DNA of 64,000 nt from Candidatus Latescibacterota bacterium (GTDB lineage Bacteria; Latescibacterota; UBA2968; GCA-2709665): the NCBI GenBank assembly GCA_965208835.1, contig OZ242358.1, positions 1,312,001-1,376,000 on the forward strand, written 5' to 3'. How positions within the stretch are numbered: position 1 is the first letter of the stretch; the number at the start of each line of letters is the position of its first letter. This document shows positions 47,176 through 56,041 of the stretch, in pieces. The translations under genes were made by a program, and so were the position numbers. Below the pieces are notes generated by a model. That model was given only the letters and a program-made list of their open reading frames with translations, was not told the origin of the DNA and made no database searches.

Positions 47176-48246
47176 TCACACCTTCATTTTCGGATCCAGG
47201 GCGTCTCGCAGGCCGTCGCCCAGCAGGTTGTAAAGGGTCACGGTGATAAATATGGCGAAACCGGGTACGATAACCAGCCACCAGGCCGCCGTATTGTTCC
47301 GGGCGCCCGCGAGTATCGCGCCCCAGGTGATGGCCTCCGCGGGCACGCCGATGCCGAGAAAGCTCAATCCGGATTCGGCCAGAATGGCGCCCGCCACCCC
47401 GAAGGCCGCCGGGATGAGTACGGGCGCGATCGCGTTTGGCAGAATGTGGATGAACATGATACGGCCGCTGGAATATCCGAGACTCTTGGCCGCGGAAACG
47501 AAGTCGTAGCTCCTGACCTGCAGAAACTGCGATCTCGTGAGCCTGGCGATACCCACCCAGCCGGTAAAGCCGAGGATGATCATCACGAAGAAGAGGCTGG
47601 GTGGAAAGAATGCGGCCACCGTGATGATCAGAAAGAGGGTGGGTATGGCCGCCCAGAGTTCGAACAGACGCGAAAGAACCAGGTCGGTCCAGCCCCCGAA
47701 ATAACCCGCCAGCGCGCCGAGAGCGACGCCGATGATCATCGAGATCGCCACCGAGACCAGTCCGATGGTCAGTGCGTATCGCGAACCGTGGATCAGCCCG
47801 GAAAGAACGTCCCGGCCCAGCCGATCCGTTCCCAGAATATGTGCTGTGCCGGGCGGCTGGTACTTGTCCCCCAGGTTGACGTCGCTGGGACCGTAGGGAA
47901 CGGGCGGAAATATTGCGGATTCCGACCTCAGGCGTTTGAAGTTTTTCCTTCTTCTGAGCGGCTCCGGCCAGTCGGCCAGTCCGAGATGAACGGCGTACTG
48001 GCGGAAGGCGGGGAAATAGGTCTTGCCCCTGTACTTCATATAGTAGGGTTTGTTGCCCGCGAGAAAATCCGCGAACACCGCCGTGAACGCGAGAACGCCG
48101 ATCGCCGCCAGGCTTATGAGGGCCGGCCGGTTCTTTTTGAACTGCCGCCAGACCAGTTTGGAGTAGGTCTGACCCTCCTGGACAGGTTCGGATTCGGGCG
48201 TCGGGACGTCAGGTTCGTTGAGATCGCGCGTTGTCGCGTCGGACAT
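47176..48246 (-). CDS. oppC: Oligopeptide ABC transporter permease (OppC-like)
   Basis: LGTDRLGRD, FVSAAKSLG (EAA loop) and GDGLRDALDP. Confidence 0.92.
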   Translation of the reverse strand: MSDATTRDLNEPDVPTPESEPVQEGQTYSKLVWRQFKKNRPALISLAAIGVLAFTAVFADFLAGNKPYYMKYRGKTYFPAFRQYAVHLGLADWPEPLRRRKNFKRLRSESAIFPPVPYGPSDVNLGDKYQPPGTAHILGTDRLGRDVLSGLIHGSRYALTIGLVSVAISMIIGVALGALAGYFGGWTDLVLSRLFELWAAIPTLFLIITVAAFFPPSLFFVMIILGFTGWVGIARLTRSQFLQVRSYDFVSAAKSLGYSSGRIMFIHILPNAIAPVLIPAAFGVAGAILAESGLSFLGIGVPAEAITWGAILAGARNNTAAWWLVIVPGFAIFITVTLYNLLGDGLRDALDPKMKV

Positions 48247-48250
48247 GGAT

Positions 48251-49552
48251 TTAACCCTGAAGACGGGAAAACTCGATGCGCGGGTCCACGACTTTCAGGA
48301 GGATGTCCGCGAGAAGAATTCCCAGCAACGAGAGGAACGAACCGATGGTCAGAATGGCCATTACCATGGGATAGTCGCGCACGAGTACGGATTGAACGCC
48401 AAGATATCCCAACCCCGGAATGGTGAAGATGGTCTCGATAAAGACCGAGCCGGCGATGATGGCCGGAAGCAGATTCGCCAGTATGGTCACAATGGGAATA
48501 AGTGAGTTGCGGAAGACGTGCTTCAGAATCACGACTTTTTCCGGAAGGCCCTTTGCGCGGGCCGTGCGGACGTAGTCCAGCCTGAGGTTCTCCAGCATGC
48601 TGGTTCGCATGAATCGGGAGAGACCCGCGAAGCTGGCGTAGCTCGAGGCCAGGACCGGCATGGCCATGTGATGGGCGTGGTCCGTCAACAGTCGCCAGAA
48701 TCCCCACTCGGAAGACGCGTCCAGAGACTGAATGCCGGAGGCCGGAAACCAGTAGAAGAACTCCTTGTTGCAGAAAAATACGATGAGCAGCATGCCCACC
48801 CAGAACGAAGGCATGGACCAGAGGATAAAGGTCCCCGTGGTCAGCGTGCGATCGGTCCGGGTATCCTGTTTCACGGCCAGCCAGATGCCGAGCGGCAGTC
48901 CGATGACGTAGGCGACGATCAGACTGATGATGTTGATTTCAATGGTGATGGGCACACGCGCGAGGATATGCGAGATGACCGGCTGCTGATCCTTGAAAGA
49001 ACGGCCGAAATTGAGCGTAACGAAGCGCCGGTCGAAGCAATGGAAGAGGAGCAGGCCGGCGCCGGTATACTCGTAGTTTTCCTCGAGTTTGACGGTCTTG
49101 CTCTCCCAGAAAGAGGAAAGGACGAGCGCCTGCGCCTCGTCCGGATGATATTTTTCGAAACTGCTAAGGAATCGGGCTTTTCGCGCCTCGTTTTCCAGCG
49201 CGGCCAATTCGCTTCTTTCCATGGGTTCCAGGGTCGAGAGAAAGTCGTCAACGCGCCGGCCCATGCGTTCGTAGCTGTTGAGCGGCTCAACGTGAAGAAC
49301 CAGGCTCGATAACCAGTTGAGGTATTGGAGGTGTAGCGGCCTGTCCAGGCCGAGCTGACGGCGAAGGTCCTGGCGCGTTTTTTCGAAATCGGACTGCCGT
49401 TCCGTCGAGATGCCCTCCTCGCCTGCCATGCCGCCGAGAAAGAAGTCGACGGGGTCGCCCGGAGCGAGATGCATGACCAGGAAGGAAATCAGCGTGATGC
49501 CGATCATCGTCGGGATCATCAGCAGGCTGCGCTGCAGGATGTACTGGATCAT
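48251..49552 (-). CDS. oppB: Oligopeptide ABC transporter permease (OppB-like) with enlarged loop
   Basis: APGDP, LGLDRPL, DYVRTARAKGL, ETIFTIPGLG and DPRI. Confidence 0.92.
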   Translation of the reverse strand: MIQYILQRSLLMIPTMIGITLISFLVMHLAPGDPVDFFLGGMAGEEGISTERQSDFEKTRQDLRRQLGLDRPLHLQYLNWLSSLVLHVEPLNSYERMGRRVDDFLSTLEPMERSELAALENEARKARFLSSFEKYHPDEAQALVLSSFWESKTVKLEENYEYTGAGLLLFHCFDRRFVTLNFGRSFKDQQPVISHILARVPITIEINIISLIVAYVIGLPLGIWLAVKQDTRTDRTLTTGTFILWSMPSFWVGMLLIVFFCNKEFFYWFPASGIQSLDASSEWGFWRLLTDHAHHMAMPVLASSYASFAGLSRFMRTSMLENLRLDYVRTARAKGLPEKVVILKHVFRNSLIPIVTILANLLPAIIAGSVFIETIFTIPGLGYLGVQSVLVRDYPMVMAILTIGSFLSLLGILLADILLKVVDPRIEFSRLQG

Positions 49553-49623
49553 CTGCGTTCAGGCCTTTCTGTGCCGTCGTCTGTTCATCGGGGGTCGCAA
49601 CAGGGTCCGGTCGTCTCCCCGGC

Positions 49624-51465
49624 CTATTGGTACAACCGGTTGGAGGCGCCTACCCACCACTCCTGCGTGTCCGCGCCAACGGCATACCAGTTGTCACCCG
49701 CAAAACGCCTGCTGTAGGAAATGGCGTTGCGGGATTTCCAGAGAAACGTATAGGGTTGCTCATTATACAGGATTTCCTGGAAACGCCGGTAGAGCTGTAT
49801 TCTCTTGTCCATATCGAACTCCCTCCGGTAGGTTTCCAGGATGCGGTCGACTTCGTCGTTCTTGAAGCCGATGTAATTCGACCCCTGTCCCTCTGCCTGC
49901 GAGGAGTGCCAGATCTGATAGGAATCCGGCGGTGTGCGCAGGCTGCCGGTCCAACCCAGGGTACAGGCTGCGAAGTCCTTTTTTCGTACGACCCGATCCA
50001 GAAAAATGGTCCAGTCCAGTTCGCGCACGTCGCAGACGACACCGATGTCCTGCAGTTCATATTGCAACGCCAGGGCGATGTCCTTGCGGAGCTGGTTCCC
50101 GGAGTTGACAAGGAATTCGAATTTGAACGGGAGTTTCTCGCCGTCGACGACCTTGTCCAGGATGCCGTCGTTGTCGCTGTCGGACCAGCCGGCCTCCTCC
50201 AGAAGGGTAAGCGCTCGGTCGGGGTCGTAGGAATGGGGTTCGAGGCTGTGGTTGTATTCGGGCCGGAATTTGTGGATGGGGCTCTCAACGGTTTCCGCGA
50301 GGCCGAACATGAGGTTAAGGACCATGCTCTCACGGTCGGTGAGGTACGTCATGGCCTTTCGCACGCGCCGGTCGCGAAAGATGGGGTGCGCGTTGTTCCA
50401 GCCGATGTACACGTAGCCCGATGAATAGATCACGCTCTTCTTGAATCGCTCGACAAAATCCGGAGACCAGCTTTTGTCCTTGAACTGCAGCGGTCTGAGG
50501 CCGAAGTAGTCGATGTTTCCGTTTGTGAGCTCGATAAACGCGGCCTCCTGGTCATTCACGATTTTGAAGACGATCTTCTCCACGTATCCCTTGGGCATGA
50601 GATCGGTCCGTTCCCCTCCCCAGTAGTTGGGATTGCGGGTAAGGATCACTTTCTGGCCCGTGACCACGTCTTCGTCCCAGTCTTTCACGAGATAGGGGCC
50701 GGAGCCCAGCATTTTCCGATGGTATCCGGTGTTGAATTTCTCCGCGAATTGCTGCACGCGCTCCGCGTGCGGGCCGCTCTCCCAGGATCCGTCGATGAGG
50801 CTGCGGATGTCGACCGGTTCCAGCAGCCCGTCGGGGTCGTAGAAGTGTTTGGGAAGGATCTCCATAGCACCCAGGGAGATGTTGTTCCTGAAATAGGGTT
50901 CCCGACAGACGAAACTGATTCTGTGTTTGCCCTCCTGCTTGACGTCGCTGATGGCTGCGTAGTAGTTCCGCAGCGAGGCAGCCAGGACTTTCGGGTTCTT
51001 GATGACCTTGATGCTGAAGAGTACGTCGTCCGCCGAGAGCGGCCTGCCGTCGGCGAAACGGACGTCGTCGCGCAGGTCGAAGGTGTAGGTGAGCTTGTCT
51101 TCGGACACCGAGGGAGGTCCCTTCGCTACCAACCCTCTGAGACTGTAGGGTGATTCGTTCTCGATGTCGAGCAGCGACTCGAAGATATACTGGTGTACCG
51201 TGGAAGCGCCCGAGTCGTTGGATACGTACGGATTGAAGTTCTCCGGGTCGGACAGGAAGTGGTAAACCATCCAGTCTCCGTATTCCGGCTGGGTATCGCC
51301 GGTATACATGGCGGGTACCCGTTCCGTTCCGTCCAGCACGATCGCGGGAGCTTCCCTCGTATCCATAAGCGTGCGTTGAACCTTCTGCCAGGGTGTGTCG
51401 TCATCGCATGCCGCTGAAAAAAGGCAAAACAGCCCCAGGATTACCAATCCGCGCGCGTTTGCCAT
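49624..51465 (-). CDS. oppA: Oligopeptide ABC transporter substrate-binding lipoprotein (family 5)
   Basis: Lipobox FSAAC; YTFDLRDDVRFADGRPLSADDV, GSGPY and DRRVRKA. Confidence 0.9.
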   Translation of the reverse strand: MANARGLVILGLFCLFSAACDDDTPWQKVQRTLMDTREAPAIVLDGTERVPAMYTGDTQPEYGDWMVYHFLSDPENFNPYVSNDSGASTVHQYIFESLLDIENESPYSLRGLVAKGPPSVSEDKLTYTFDLRDDVRFADGRPLSADDVLFSIKVIKNPKVLAASLRNYYAAISDVKQEGKHRISFVCREPYFRNNISLGAMEILPKHFYDPDGLLEPVDIRSLIDGSWESGPHAERVQQFAEKFNTGYHRKMLGSGPYLVKDWDEDVVTGQKVILTRNPNYWGGERTDLMPKGYVEKIVFKIVNDQEAAFIELTNGNIDYFGLRPLQFKDKSWSPDFVERFKKSVIYSSGYVYIGWNNAHPIFRDRRVRKAMTYLTDRESMVLNLMFGLAETVESPIHKFRPEYNHSLEPHSYDPDRALTLLEEAGWSDSDNDGILDKVVDGEKLPFKFEFLVNSGNQLRKDIALALQYELQDIGVVCDVRELDWTIFLDRVVRKKDFAACTLGWTGSLRTPPDSYQIWHSSQAEGQGSNYIGFKNDEVDRILETYRREFDMDKRIQLYRRFQEILYNEQPYTFLWKSRNAISYSRRFAGDNWYAVGADTQEWWVGASNRLYQ

Positions 51466-51485
51466 CTGATGCCTCCCTGTTGCAC

Positions 51486-53270
51486 TTAGTGTCGAGGATA
51501 AAGGTCCAATGCCTGGTTCCAGTCGGCAACCTGCTCGACCGCGTCCCCATCGGAAAACGGAAGCGGCCGTCCGCGCCCGTCGAGAATCAAACCGGCCGCG
51601 CCGCCTCTCACGGTACGGCGAATCGACTGGCCCGCCCCCGCCCCTGCGTCCCAGCCCGATTCGGGATGCAGGCTGACGTCGACCTCCTGGTCGGGGCCCG
51701 CGTGGAACAGATGGATGGATCCGACTTTCAGTTCGCCGGACTCTGTGCCGTCCGGAAGCGCAATTTCGTACGTGGCGCAGACTTCGCCCGGTTTTCCCTG
51801 CCCGGAAGGCGCAATGCAGGTGCCCAGATCGACCAGGCAGTCCCGTTCGAAGACTTCGGCGGCGGCCTGTTCATTGACGCTTGTCAGGACGCCCAGGTGG
51901 GGCATCATGAATATGCTGTCAACGGCCAGCCTCGTGAAACCCTGTGGCTGGAAGGCGTCGATGAGCATGGCGGCCGACTGCGCGCGCCGGGGCGCGTGGG
52001 AAAGTACGCCTCCGCTGCCCACGAGCAGGTCCAGGTCCGGCATGTGAATCAGGCTTTCGCCCGCGGCGGTCTGATCGAAAGCGTCGGAAAGGGTGCGTTC
52101 CGTCTGCACGCCTTTAAGGCCTACGGCCAGGGCCCGGTGCTGCTCGAACGCCAGGCGCAATGCCTCGCGGGCGATGGCCTGCTCGAGCTGCAGCTCCTCA
52201 AGCGTCTGGGGCACGGTGGTCGGACGGATCATCTTGTTCTTGACGCGGTCTCTGAGGTCGGCCTCTTCGATTTCAAATGGGACCCAGCGCATCACGTTCG
52301 GCAGGCCTGCTTCCGCCAGAACGTTCGAGATGCTGTACGACATACCCAGATTGGCGCTCACGGTACGATTGAATCGATCCCCGAACACGCTGAAGACATC
52401 GGTGGTCGCCCCGCCGATGTCCACACCCACGACGTTGATGTCGCGACGCCGGGCCACGGTCTGAATGAGCAGGCCGACCGCGCCGGGCGTTGGCATAATG
52501 GGGGCACCCGTCCATTCCATCAGCTTACGGTATCCGGGCGCCTGCGCCATCACATGTTCAAGGAAGAGGTCGTGGATCACCTGCCGCGCCGGTCCCAGGT
52601 TCTCGCGTTCGAGTTGAGGGCGGATATTGTCGGTGGTTTTCAGCGCGGTTTTTTCGCCCAGGACCTGTTGAACGTCCTCACGTGCGTCGGTGTTTCCGGC
52701 GTAGATCACCGGAAGCCGGAATCCGGCGCCGAACCTCGGTCTGGGGTCCGCCGCGGCGATGAATTCCGCCAGTTCCACCACGTGGCTCACGGTACCGCCG
52801 TCCGTTCCACCTGACAGGAGCACCATGTCGGGACGCAAGTGGCGGATGCGCTCGATCTTCTGGTGGGGCAGGCGACCGTCGTTGGAAGCGAGGACGTCCA
52901 TGACAATGGCGCCGGCGCCCAGGGCAGTACGCTGGGCGCTTTCGCCGGTCATCGCCTGGACAACGCCGCCTACCATCATCTGAAGGCCGCCTCCGGCGCT
53001 GCTTGTGGACACATAAATGTCAACGCCCCGGCCGTCTGCCGCGGGCGTAATAATGCGTTCGCCATCAAGGATGACGCGCCCGGAGAGTTCCTCGACTTCC
53101 TGGATGGCGTTGAGCACGCCCCGGGTAACGTCTTCAAACGGAGCTTCGACCGTGGTTGGCGCCTCGCCGCGACAGGTCTGCCGGTAGCATTCCTCTTCTT
53201 TCTCGATAAGAATGGCCTTGGTGGTCGTGCTGCCGCAGTCCGTTGCGATGATGACGTCCGGTCTATCCAT
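51486..53270 (-). CDS. GlmL/MutL-like (glutamate mutase L family) ASKHA actin-fold ATPase
   Basis: Phosphate-1 TDCGSTTTK; SSAGGGL; phosphate-2 VDIGGATTDV; RTVSANLGMSYS; GSGGVLSHAP; LILDGRGRP. Confidence 0.82.
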   Translation of the reverse strand: MDRPDVIIATDCGSTTTKAILIEKEEECYRQTCRGEAPTTVEAPFEDVTRGVLNAIQEVEELSGRVILDGERIITPAADGRGVDIYVSTSSAGGGLQMMVGGVVQAMTGESAQRTALGAGAIVMDVLASNDGRLPHQKIERIRHLRPDMVLLSGGTDGGTVSHVVELAEFIAAADPRPRFGAGFRLPVIYAGNTDAREDVQQVLGEKTALKTTDNIRPQLERENLGPARQVIHDLFLEHVMAQAPGYRKLMEWTGAPIMPTPGAVGLLIQTVARRRDINVVGVDIGGATTDVFSVFGDRFNRTVSANLGMSYSISNVLAEAGLPNVMRWVPFEIEEADLRDRVKNKMIRPTTVPQTLEELQLEQAIAREALRLAFEQHRALAVGLKGVQTERTLSDAFDQTAAGESLIHMPDLDLLVGSGGVLSHAPRRAQSAAMLIDAFQPQGFTRLAVDSIFMMPHLGVLTSVNEQAAAEVFERDCLVDLGTCIAPSGQGKPGEVCATYEIALPDGTESGELKVGSIHLFHAGPDQEVDVSLHPESGWDAGAGAGQSIRRTVRGGAAGLILDGRGRPLPFSDGDAVEQVADWNQALDLYPRH

Positions 53271-53610
53271 TCAGTCGGTTTTCCGTCTCCACAAGTGTAT
53301 CGATCAGTGCCTGGACACTCTGCCGTTTCTCCAGAAAACGCACGAATCGACCGTATTCCGCGCCTGAGAAGATAAGGGTGACGAAGGGAGAAAGAAAAGT
53401 CAAAAACTGACTGCCTATAAAGTTGAACGGCCGGCCTGCTTCCAGCACCATCAACGCCGGTGTGGTCATTTGCCGGCGAACCACGAATTCCGCCAACTTG
53501 GCAGCCAGAGCACGTTCTTCCTCCGTGATTCGGCTCTCCGGAGGGTTGACGGCGAAAGCGTGTTCGCACCAGGTCCTAAGACGCTGCATCCGCGAGGCGG
53601 GTCTGGACAT
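53263..53610 (-). CDS. Small conserved-looking hypothetical protein (GlmL-cluster)
   Basis: AEFVVRRQMTTPALMVLEAGRPFNFIGSQ; overlaps the GlmL-like start by 8 nt. Confidence 0.7.
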   Translation of the reverse strand: MSRPASRMQRLRTWCEHAFAVNPPESRITEEERALAAKLAEFVVRRQMTTPALMVLEAGRPFNFIGSQFLTFLSPFVTLIFSGAEYGRFVRFLEKRQSVQALIDTLVETENRLNG

Positions 53611-54016
53611 ACTCGATGATTTCCTCCCGATTGTCTCGAAGGCGCAGGAAACAGCCTCGAAACGGATCGAGCCGGTGAGGATGGGCGAACGGGCTGAGAA
53701 AAACGCCATCCGTGACAACGGCATGCCGGCGAATCCGGTTCCACGGAATTGTCCGCCGCGCGCCAAGGTGCGCTATCACGACATGCTTCTCCAGGAGTGC
53801 GTATCGTGTGGGGAGAAAGTAACGGGACATGGATGCCGTGAGGAGCGCTGCCGAAAGAAAACCGTACGCCGGCATGCTGAATTCAATGGCGATCAGTACC
53901 GATAGCCCCAGAATGACCACGATGAGCAGGCCCGTCTTGGCCGGCGGTTCTTCCAGGAGGGGATGGACCGACCAGCGGAGTTCAGATGCCGATTCGTGCG
54001 TCGTCGGTTTGTCCAT
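53576..54016 (-). CDS. Hypothetical 2-TM protein with possible PH-like C-terminal domain
   Basis: LRWSVHP, two TM segments, YFLPTRY and LSPFAHPHRLDPFRG. Confidence 0.7.
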   Translation of the reverse strand: MDKPTTHESASELRWSVHPLLEEPPAKTGLLIVVILGLSVLIAIEFSMPAYGFLSAALLTASMSRYFLPTRYALLEKHVVIAHLGARRTIPWNRIRRHAVVTDGVFLSPFAHPHRLDPFRGCFLRLRDNREEIIEYVQTRLADAAS

Positions 54017-54068
54017 GCTTTCCGTGAGTCGGCAAGGAGACGGCCAGGCTGATTCTTCTAAATTGAAG

Positions 54069-54944
54069 TTATATAATGCGGCGGACGACGCGGGGTTGGC
54101 GCTTGCCGCCTCCGAGGTTCCAGGATTCCGTGCCGTACTTGGTTTCAGCGAGATGTTCGGCGCAGGCGGTTTCCTCGCGAGACAACGTCGATTCGGTCAG
54201 GGTGATGTCGAGGGTCTCTTCAAAACCGTCACGCAGGGCGTGCGCCACGGTGTGGAAGTCTGCCGGGCGGCCCGCTTCCGAAAGGGAGACGGTGTGCCGA
54301 TCCAGTTCACGACGAAAGCGTTCCTTCAGGAGCTGACGGCGGTCCGGCATGAGATCGATGAGATGCTTGTGTTCCGGGCCCAGAAGAAGCGAGCCGTGTT
54401 GAAGCAGCACGCCGCCCAGGCGTCGCTGGGCGCTGCCTATGATTTTCCTGTCTGCGATCGTTACCTCGTATTGCGTAGTACTTGAAAAACAGGGTGAAGT
54501 GAGACCCTCTCCACGGGGAGACGAAGCGGGATTGCGTCGCGGCTCGAATCGGGCGGCCACGCCGAGGAGTTGCAGGCTTGCAACCAGGCAGGCGCTGATC
54601 TTTCGGTAGGACTCCTGAATGGAGCCGCCCAGCAGCGGGTCGTCGGTGCGGCAGGTGACGCTGTATGTGAGTTCGTTCCAGTGGAGGACGGCGCGCCCGC
54701 CGCTGGGCCGGCGGACAAGCTGAATGCCACGCTCCCGGCATCGATCCGCGTCGACTTCGCGAGCGATCCGCTGGGCATAGCCGAAAGAGACGGCGGGGGG
54801 CGTCCAGCTGAACGTCCGGACCGTGGGCGGCGCGGTATCCTCCTCAACGCCCCGCACGATGGCTTCGTCCACGGCCATATTGAAAAAGGCGTTTCCCGAC
54901 CCGGTGTTCAGGAAACGCCACGGACGCGATCCGGTCTTCCGCAT
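54069..54944 (-). CDS. Lipoate-protein ligase A family / LipM-like octanoyltransferase
   Basis: NMAVDEA, VRRPSGGRAVLH, KIIGSAQRR and LQHGS. Confidence 0.9.
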   Translation of the reverse strand: MRKTGSRPWRFLNTGSGNAFFNMAVDEAIVRGVEEDTAPPTVRTFSWTPPAVSFGYAQRIAREVDADRCRERGIQLVRRPSGGRAVLHWNELTYSVTCRTDDPLLGGSIQESYRKISACLVASLQLLGVAARFEPRRNPASSPRGEGLTSPCFSSTTQYEVTIADRKIIGSAQRRLGGVLLQHGSLLLGPEHKHLIDLMPDRRQLLKERFRRELDRHTVSLSEAGRPADFHTVAHALRDGFEETLDITLTESTLSREETACAEHLAETKYGTESWNLGGGKRQPRVVRRII

Positions 54945-54947
54945 GAA

Positions 54948-55706
54948 TCACGAGACTCCAAGCTTTTGCAACGCCTCTTTCGCCGCCATCTGTTGCGCTT
55001 CTTTCTTGCTGCGTCCCTTTCCGAAGCCCATTCGTTCGCCGCCGATCAACACTTCGACGCTGAACGTCTTGTGGTGGTCCGGCCCCTCTTCCGAACTGAC
55101 CAGGTAACGGGGGTGTCCCCGGCCTACGCCCTGCGTATGCTCGAGGAGGACGCTCTTGAAATTGAGGTAGCTGTTGTTGGCGACAATAGCCTCGATGTTG
55201 CTCATGAGGTGGCGCTGTACGAATGCGTCCGCGGCCTTGAGACCGCCGTCGAGATAAACCGCGCCGAGAATAGCCTCGAAGGCATCTCCGATGATCGATG
55301 TCCGGTCTCTTCCTCCCGCCAGATCCTCTTCTCTGCTGAGCAGGATGTGGTGACCGAGTCCGATCTCGTGGCCTCGCTGCGCGAGAATGACTTTGCTGAC
55401 GAGTACTGACTTGATTTGAGTGAGGTCGCCCTCACGTTTGTTCCGGAATTTCCGATAAAGGTTCTCCGTGACCAGCAGGTCCAGTACGGCGTCACCGAGA
55501 AACTCGAGCCGCTCGTTCGATGCAATGCTCCCTTCGTCAGCGGCGTAGGCGTAGGAGCGGTGTTTGATCGCCTGGACCAGGAGGTCGGGATCCGAAAAAC
55601 AGTAGCCGAGTTTTTCCTGGAGGCTTTCCGGGGTATACGCTTCCCGGTCGCGCCCGAGCCATCGTGCAACCGCACGTCGAATTCTGACAAGTCCGATAAG
55701 CTTCAC
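54948..55706 (-). CDS. rnc: Ribonuclease III
   Basis: NERLEFLGDAVL, DAFEAILGAVYLD and dsRBD GRSKKEAQQ; exact start uncertain. Confidence 0.96.
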   Translation of the reverse strand: MKLIGLVRIRRAVARWLGRDREAYTPESLQEKLGYCFSDPDLLVQAIKHRSYAYAADEGSIASNERLEFLGDAVLDLLVTENLYRKFRNKREGDLTQIKSVLVSKVILAQRGHEIGLGHHILLSREEDLAGGRDRTSIIGDAFEAILGAVYLDGGLKAADAFVQRHLMSNIEAIVANNSYLNFKSVLLEHTQGVGRGHPRYLVSSEEGPDHHKTFSVEVLIGGERMGFGKGRSKKEAQQMAAKEALQKLGVS

Positions 55707-55894
55707 CCTGCGGGAATGGAGGTTGTACTCGGCCGTGAAACAAACTGACAAGCCGTCTGCATTCCGCCGTGACGGTGGCGTCCGACGTCCGCCCGGCGAG
55801 TCTGCAGGCTTGTGCGCCATTCGGACCGGCTCTGCGTCCGACAGCACGCCAACAAACTTACGATGTCGTCACAGCCGGGGAAGTCGGGAACTAA

Positions 55895-56041
55895 CAGCCC
55901 GTTGAAAAAGACCATCCGGGCTGCGGCCGGCCCTTGCGGTCGAAATACTGCGTTGCGCGCCTTGTCTTCGGCCGCGATGGCAATCTATTTCCGGGTCGGG
56001 ACACCATACCTCGCCTGCTGAGCGACTTTATCAACGGACTG
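55895..56041 (-). mobile_element. MITE-like element family A, copy 3 (147 bp, inverted)
   Basis: CAGCCCGTTGAAAAAG...CTTTATCAACGGACTG; abuts the fabF stop codon. Confidence 0.8.

Noticed and set aside
51486-53270. DNA mismatch repair MutL, or a functional glutamate mutase operon
   Set aside because: The motifs are actin-fold (ASKHA), not GHKL, and no mutase S or E subunit is present in the window.
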